From assembly GCA_013166775.1 (NCBI GenBank), contig JABLTJ010000009.1:1-64000 (forward strand): a stretch of 64,000 nucleotides of DNA, read 5' to 3'. Shown here piece by piece: positions 59,861 to 64,000 of the stretch (position 1 is its first letter; each line of letters opens with the position of its first letter). The notes beneath the pieces were generated by a model, which worked only from the letters and a program-made list of their open reading frames with translations, was not told the DNA's origin and did not search any database. The translations under genes were made by a program, and so were the position numbers. This stretch comes from Promethearchaeati archaeon (GTDB taxonomy: Archaea; Asgardarchaeota; Heimdallarchaeia; Heimdallarchaeales; Heimdallarchaeaceae).

Positions 59861-61930
59861 ATGACTTCATCTTTTCTGGAAAGAATCGACACTCTATTTA
59901 TGAATAATAAATACTCTGAAGTAGTAGTTTTTTTTACAGAGAATATTGATAAGATTTCCAACCAGAAAGATAAAATAAGAACATATCATTTTGCAGCTAA
60001 ATCTTATTACCACCTGGGAATAAACAAAGAAGCGTTTGATTGCATTCAAAAAGTGATAAATTCTATAAATGAGATTAGCTCCACTCCTAAGGAAATTATA
60101 GAGATTAATCTTGATTATGGCAAAATTCTGAGAAGACTTGGTCAAAAAAAAAAGGCTAAAAAAATCTATCAAGAGATTATAAAGAATTATGAAGAGTATT
60201 TGGATGATGAGCTTAACGCAAAAATATTACATAACTTAGCAAACATACACCTAGAAATAGGTGATTTCGATAGAAGCAAAGACTATTATCATCAAGCACT
60301 TGAAATAGATCAGAAAACAGACAATCTTAAAGGACAATCATTATCATATTCAGGTTTAGGAAGTCTGTTTTTTTACTTGGGTCAATTTGAAGAAGCTATT
60401 GAATATTATCAGAAAAGCCTAGAGTTTAGGAAAAAAACACAAGACCATATTGGGGAAGCTCTTATTTTATTGAATATTGGTTCTTCTTATTCCAATATCT
60501 TGAATCAAAAGAAAGCTGACAAATACTTAGATGAATCTTTAAAGATCTTTCAACAATACAATCATGATAGAGGTATTCAGGAAGTTCAAATTACAAGAGC
60601 GAGGATGAACTTCAACTTGAACAACTATCCTTTGGTTATAGAATCCTTGGAATTCCTGGAAGAATCTGAAGCACCAATTCTGAATAGGGAACAGATGGAA
60701 CTTGTGAATATACTTATAGAATCTTTGATTCGAAATGAAGAACTTGTTCGAGCAGAGAAATTAATCGAAAGGAGCATAACACCTCTCGAAAAAGCTGAAT
60801 TAGAAATAGATAGTTCCTTATATGAAGAATATGGAAAATTAAAACAATTACTCAGTTTGATAAAATTTCAATTGGATAAGGTAGAAGAAACTTTACAAGT
60901 TTTAGAGGAATTAGAAGAAATTGCAACTAATCACAATGATTTCCAAAGTCTTGTTGTTGTATTTTTCTCAAAAGCAAATGTACATTACCAAATCGATTCG
61001 TTAGATGATGCTATGTTATTTGCGAAAAAAGCAGAAACTATAGCTAAACGTATTCAGCATAGTTCTTTACCTCTTATCTTAGATATATTGTTTAGAATCA
61101 ATGTAAGAATAAGCAATTTTTCTGAATGCATAAAATTGCTCAAACAGCTGAAACGAATTTCTGGAAGTGATTCATCAACAATAGAATTAGCTATAAAATC
61201 ATTCCAGATTTTTGCGAATGAGAAAATAAAAATTATGTCAAAAAATTCACTTCAAGAAATGGATAGATTTCAATTACCAATTACAATTCTACAAATCATA
61301 GTAGGAGGAATTCTACAACAATCTCTGAAGTTTTCAGAAATATTGGAATTAAAGAGTGTAACACAGGATTTGAAAAATAACAGGGCAGGTATCCTAATTC
61401 CGTACTTCTTGCAAGCTAGTTTTCTTCTTGATGAAGAAAATTCAGAGATGGACTTTTCTAATGCAATATCTGAAAATAATTATGTAGAAACGATATATTC
61501 GAATGTTCTGCTTAAAAGAGTTTCAAGTAAGGAACTGAAAGAGATAATAAGTAATTGGAAAGATCAGGAAGAATTTACTCTTCATCAGAGTCTTATATGT
61601 TTGGATACAATTCTCTATGGTGTATTATATGATTTAATTTCAAAAGAGAATTTTAAACTGAATTTTTTAGAGGAGAGCATAACTGATGAATATAAGGATA
61701 TAGTCAAAATAAAACAGGAACTTCTTATCAAAATAGTAGACATAAAGAAACCAGAAGATTTCTCATATGAAAGTAAAACATCTATGGGTTGTATGGTTTC
61801 GGCTATTTACAAGAATATACTACCAAAGATTTATGAAATAGAAGGAATTACGCAAGAAAAACTAAAAATCCTATTAGTTCTATTATCAGAACTCATTATA
61901 AGAACACTTGTTATGTTGTTTGTCAGGTGA
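59861..61930 (+). CDS. Tetratricopeptide-repeat protein
   Basis: ILHNLANIHLEIGDFDRSKDYYHQALEI and SGLGSLFFYLGQFEEAIEYYQKSLE repeats. Confidence 0.85.
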   Translation: MTSSFLERIDTLFMNNKYSEVVVFFTENIDKISNQKDKIRTYHFAAKSYYHLGINKEAFDCIQKVINSINEISSTPKEIIEINLDYGKILRRLGQKKKAKKIYQEIIKNYEEYLDDELNAKILHNLANIHLEIGDFDRSKDYYHQALEIDQKTDNLKGQSLSYSGLGSLFFYLGQFEEAIEYYQKSLEFRKKTQDHIGEALILLNIGSSYSNILNQKKADKYLDESLKIFQQYNHDRGIQEVQITRARMNFNLNNYPLVIESLEFLEESEAPILNREQMELVNILIESLIRNEELVRAEKLIERSITPLEKAELEIDSSLYEEYGKLKQLLSLIKFQLDKVEETLQVLEELEEIATNHNDFQSLVVVFFSKANVHYQIDSLDDAMLFAKKAETIAKRIQHSSLPLILDILFRINVRISNFSECIKLLKQLKRISGSDSSTIELAIKSFQIFANEKIKIMSKNSLQEMDRFQLPITILQIIVGGILQQSLKFSEILELKSVTQDLKNNRAGILIPYFLQASFLLDEENSEMDFSNAISENNYVETIYSNVLLKRVSSKELKEIISNWKDQEEFTLHQSLICLDTILYGVLYDLISKENFKLNFLEESITDEYKDIVKIKQELLIKIVDIKKPEDFSYESKTSMGCMVSAIYKNILPKIYEIEGITQEKLKILLVLLSELIIRTLVMLFVR

Positions 61931-62526
61931 GTAAAATGGAGGAAAGCAAAAAACCAAAGAGAAAAGAAAGATGGTTACTTTATCCTTATCGATTAGCTCA
62001 CCATCCTTTGTGCTCGGAATTCAAAGATCATGTTTACATAATAAGAGGAATGGAGGTTTGTAGAGGATGTGTAAACATGTATAGTGGAGTCTTATTAGGG
62101 TTGATACTAATACCTATTTTCGATATTGTACTTCATATGAACTTCTGGATTGCTTTTGGCTTAAACTGGGGTTTATACTTATGTACACCTTTGAGCGTAT
62201 TTCTTCATCCACCAAGGATTGTAAAAGATTTTAGCCGTATGCTCTTAGGTGTAGCCATAGTAAATACTTTCAACATATTAATCTTATCTTTTATAGAATT
62301 AGTTAATGGCTTCAATTGGGGTGCATTATCAGTAATTATAATCACTGCAGGATTGTATTATTTCAGTAGAAAATATTTCACAAAATTAAGAGATAGAAGA
62401 AATGAAAAAGTTTGTAGAAATTGTGATCAGTTTTATGATGTTCGTTGTGAAGGAATGAGGAGTTCAACAGATCGTGCAACAGCTTTATCCAGTCTTGAGA
62501 AAGGAGATGCATTTAGCGAGAAGTAA
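61927..62526 (+). CDS. Membrane protein with Cys/His motifs (DUF2085-like)
   Basis: AHHP..H..VCRGC..G; 4 TM; CRNC..C. Confidence 0.6.
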   Translation: MSKMEESKKPKRKERWLLYPYRLAHHPLCSEFKDHVYIIRGMEVCRGCVNMYSGVLLGLILIPIFDIVLHMNFWIAFGLNWGLYLCTPLSVFLHPPRIVKDFSRMLLGVAIVNTFNILILSFIELVNGFNWGALSVIIITAGLYYFSRKYFTKLRDRRNEKVCRNCDQFYDVRCEGMRSSTDRATALSSLEKGDAFSEK

Positions 62527-62609
62527 ATTTTTAATGTTAGTGGTTTTCTAATGTAATTATCTGTTTAAATTCAAGACTAAAAATCGAATTGCATAAAGGA
62601 GAAACTCAA

Positions 62610-64000
62610 TTGAGATATGTATTACCCACATCTATGACCGCATTAGATATTATAGGCTTAGCTTGTTTATTTATATTTGTGCTCTCAGCATTGGCATTAG
62701 CTGAAGTTTTGAGGAGAAAGGATAAAGTATCGGGAAGTACTTCAAGAAAAATAGTTCACTTATCAGTTGGAAATGTAATATTAGTATTCCCTTTCGTTTT
62801 CTCAAGTATCTGGTTTGCACTAATTGGACCAGTTTTTTTTATACCCTTCACTTACCTTACATGCCCTGGTTCTCCCATCAAGAAATTTAAATTGAAAGGA
62901 GTAGAAGAAGGACATACTTATGGAACAGTATTTTATGCAATTGCTCTAACTGTTTTAGTAGCACTATTTTTTTATCCAAAATCCCAGGGAGAACCAATTA
63001 ATCAATACAACATCATATTATTTGGAGCATTTATGCCATTAGTTTGGGGAGATGGGATTAGTGCAGTTATAGGTTTGAAGTATGGAAATGATAAACCTTA
63101 CACAATTTTTGGTGGTACAAAAACACTTTTGGGGAGTTGGGCAGCTGCTTTTGCTACATTCTTCGCAGTAACTATTAGTTGTTTAATTCTATCTCAAACT
63201 GTTGTAGTTTCTATTTATATTGGTCTTTTTACAGGTTTCATAACTGCAATAATCGAAGCAATTACTCCAAAAGGATTTGATAATCTAGCTGTCCCAGCAT
63301 CAAATGCACTAGCATTATATTTACTTTTTAGGTATTTCAGTTACAATTTCGGAGGATTAGAAACTTCCTTACTATTAAGTGCAGTAATTACTGGTTTAAT
63401 TGGAGGTTTAATACTAGCTGTTCTAGGGATTATTTTCAAAGCGTTGACTTGGGATGGTGCAATTGCTGGTTTCTATTTTGGTGTTATAATTCTAGGATTA
63501 GGCTCATGGACTTGGGGAATTATGTACTTCTCCTTCTTTATCTTAGGAAGTTTTTTTACATTTGTTGGTAAAAATAAAAAGAAATCAATTACACAGGAAT
63601 TTGAGAAGGGAGATACAGCCCGAGATAGTATACAAGCAATGGTTAACAGCCTTATTCCAGCTATACTTGCTTTCATTTTTGTTCTACTCCAAAAGCCCAT
63701 ACTTACCGTTATGGCAGCAGGAGCTGTTGCAGTTAGTTTAGGTGATACATTAGGTACAGAAATAGGTTCTTTATCGAAGAAGAATCCTAGAGTATCGATA
63801 AAACCCTGGATTAAAGTGGAAAAGGGATCACCAGGTGCGATTTCATTACTTGGAATAGCAGCATCAGTTATTGGAGCATTAATTATCGGTTTCATCGGAA
63901 TAGGAGTTGGTACTATGGAAAGTAATCTTGGATCTCATGATGTTTTACCATCAGCAATCTGGTTATTCCTTTTTTCTGCTACTACAGGAGGGATAATCGG
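62610..64000 (+). CDS. Phytol/dolichol-kinase-like (VTE5/SEC59) domain fused to DUF92; partial, not in ORF track
   Basis: TTG after AAGGAG; SRKIVH, WGDGISAVIG, KTLLGS, FDN; then LTWDGAIAG, RDSIQAMVN, DTLGTEIG, PGAISLLG; open to window end. Confidence 0.8.
   Translation, partial: MRYVLPTSMTALDIIGLACLFIFVLSALALAEVLRRKDKVSGSTSRKIVHLSVGNVILVFPFVFSSIWFALIGPVFFIPFTYLTCPGSPIKKFKLKGVEEGHTYGTVFYAIALTVLVALFFYPKSQGEPINQYNIILFGAFMPLVWGDGISAVIGLKYGNDKPYTIFGGTKTLLGSWAAAFATFFAVTISCLILSQTVVVSIYIGLFTGFITAIIEAITPKGFDNLAVPASNALALYLLFRYFSYNFGGLETSLLLSAVITGLIGGLILAVLGIIFKALTWDGAIAGFYFGVIILGLGSWTWGIMYFSFFILGSFFTFVGKNKKKSITQEFEKGDTARDSIQAMVNSLIPAILAFIFVLLQKPILTVMAAGAVAVSLGDTLGTEIGSLSKKNPRVSIKPWIKVEKGSPGAISLLGIAASVIGALIIGFIGIGVGTMESNLGSHDVLPSAIWLFLFSATTGGII

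Noticed and set aside
2308-60172. Other short ORF-track entries nested in or antisense to called genes (e.g. 2308, 4631, 8442, 31473, 45633, 54641, 59894)
   Set aside because: They overlap well-supported genes or regulatory DNA and show no recognisable motifs.
63473-63895. 140-aa minus-strand ORF
   Set aside because: Antisense to the clear kinase-DUF92 gene.

Overview
AT-rich archaeal chromosomal segment. The gene set points to an Asgard archaeon, most plausibly Heimdallarchaeia (inference): rps8e, rps30e, srp19, gar1, nop5/fibrillarin, elp3, trm1, an RPC34/TFE-beta-like gene, an MglA-like GTPase, and many secreted proteins with C-terminal anchors. Most of the window is housekeeping, RNA-modification and lipid-metabolism genes. 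The standout is 38.5-46.9 kb. There, an unannotated ~300-nt structured element (46570-46870, minus strand) has a BRE/TATA promoter, an oligo-T end, a long closing helix, five internal hairpins and seven (G)AA(C/U)CCC motifs. Five same-orientation, variably truncated copies of its 3' end lie downstream. They cut the region into 0.85-1.9 kb cassettes, each usually holding one secreted or membrane gene: a stray SecY, a one-lobed SBP pseudogene, a zincin protease and others. The array ends at a gene fusing a ~200-aa acidic tract to a lone large-serine-recombinase DNA-binding domain. Other notable items: a site-1-protease-like subtilase, a thiolase lacking both its catalytic Cys and His in the HMGS-thiolase-DUF35 operon, circularly permuted family-5 SBPs, and a PIN-domain gene with no canonical start. 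No rRNA, tRNA, CRISPR array or transposase was seen. Family calls come from motif recognition by eye; no database was searched.
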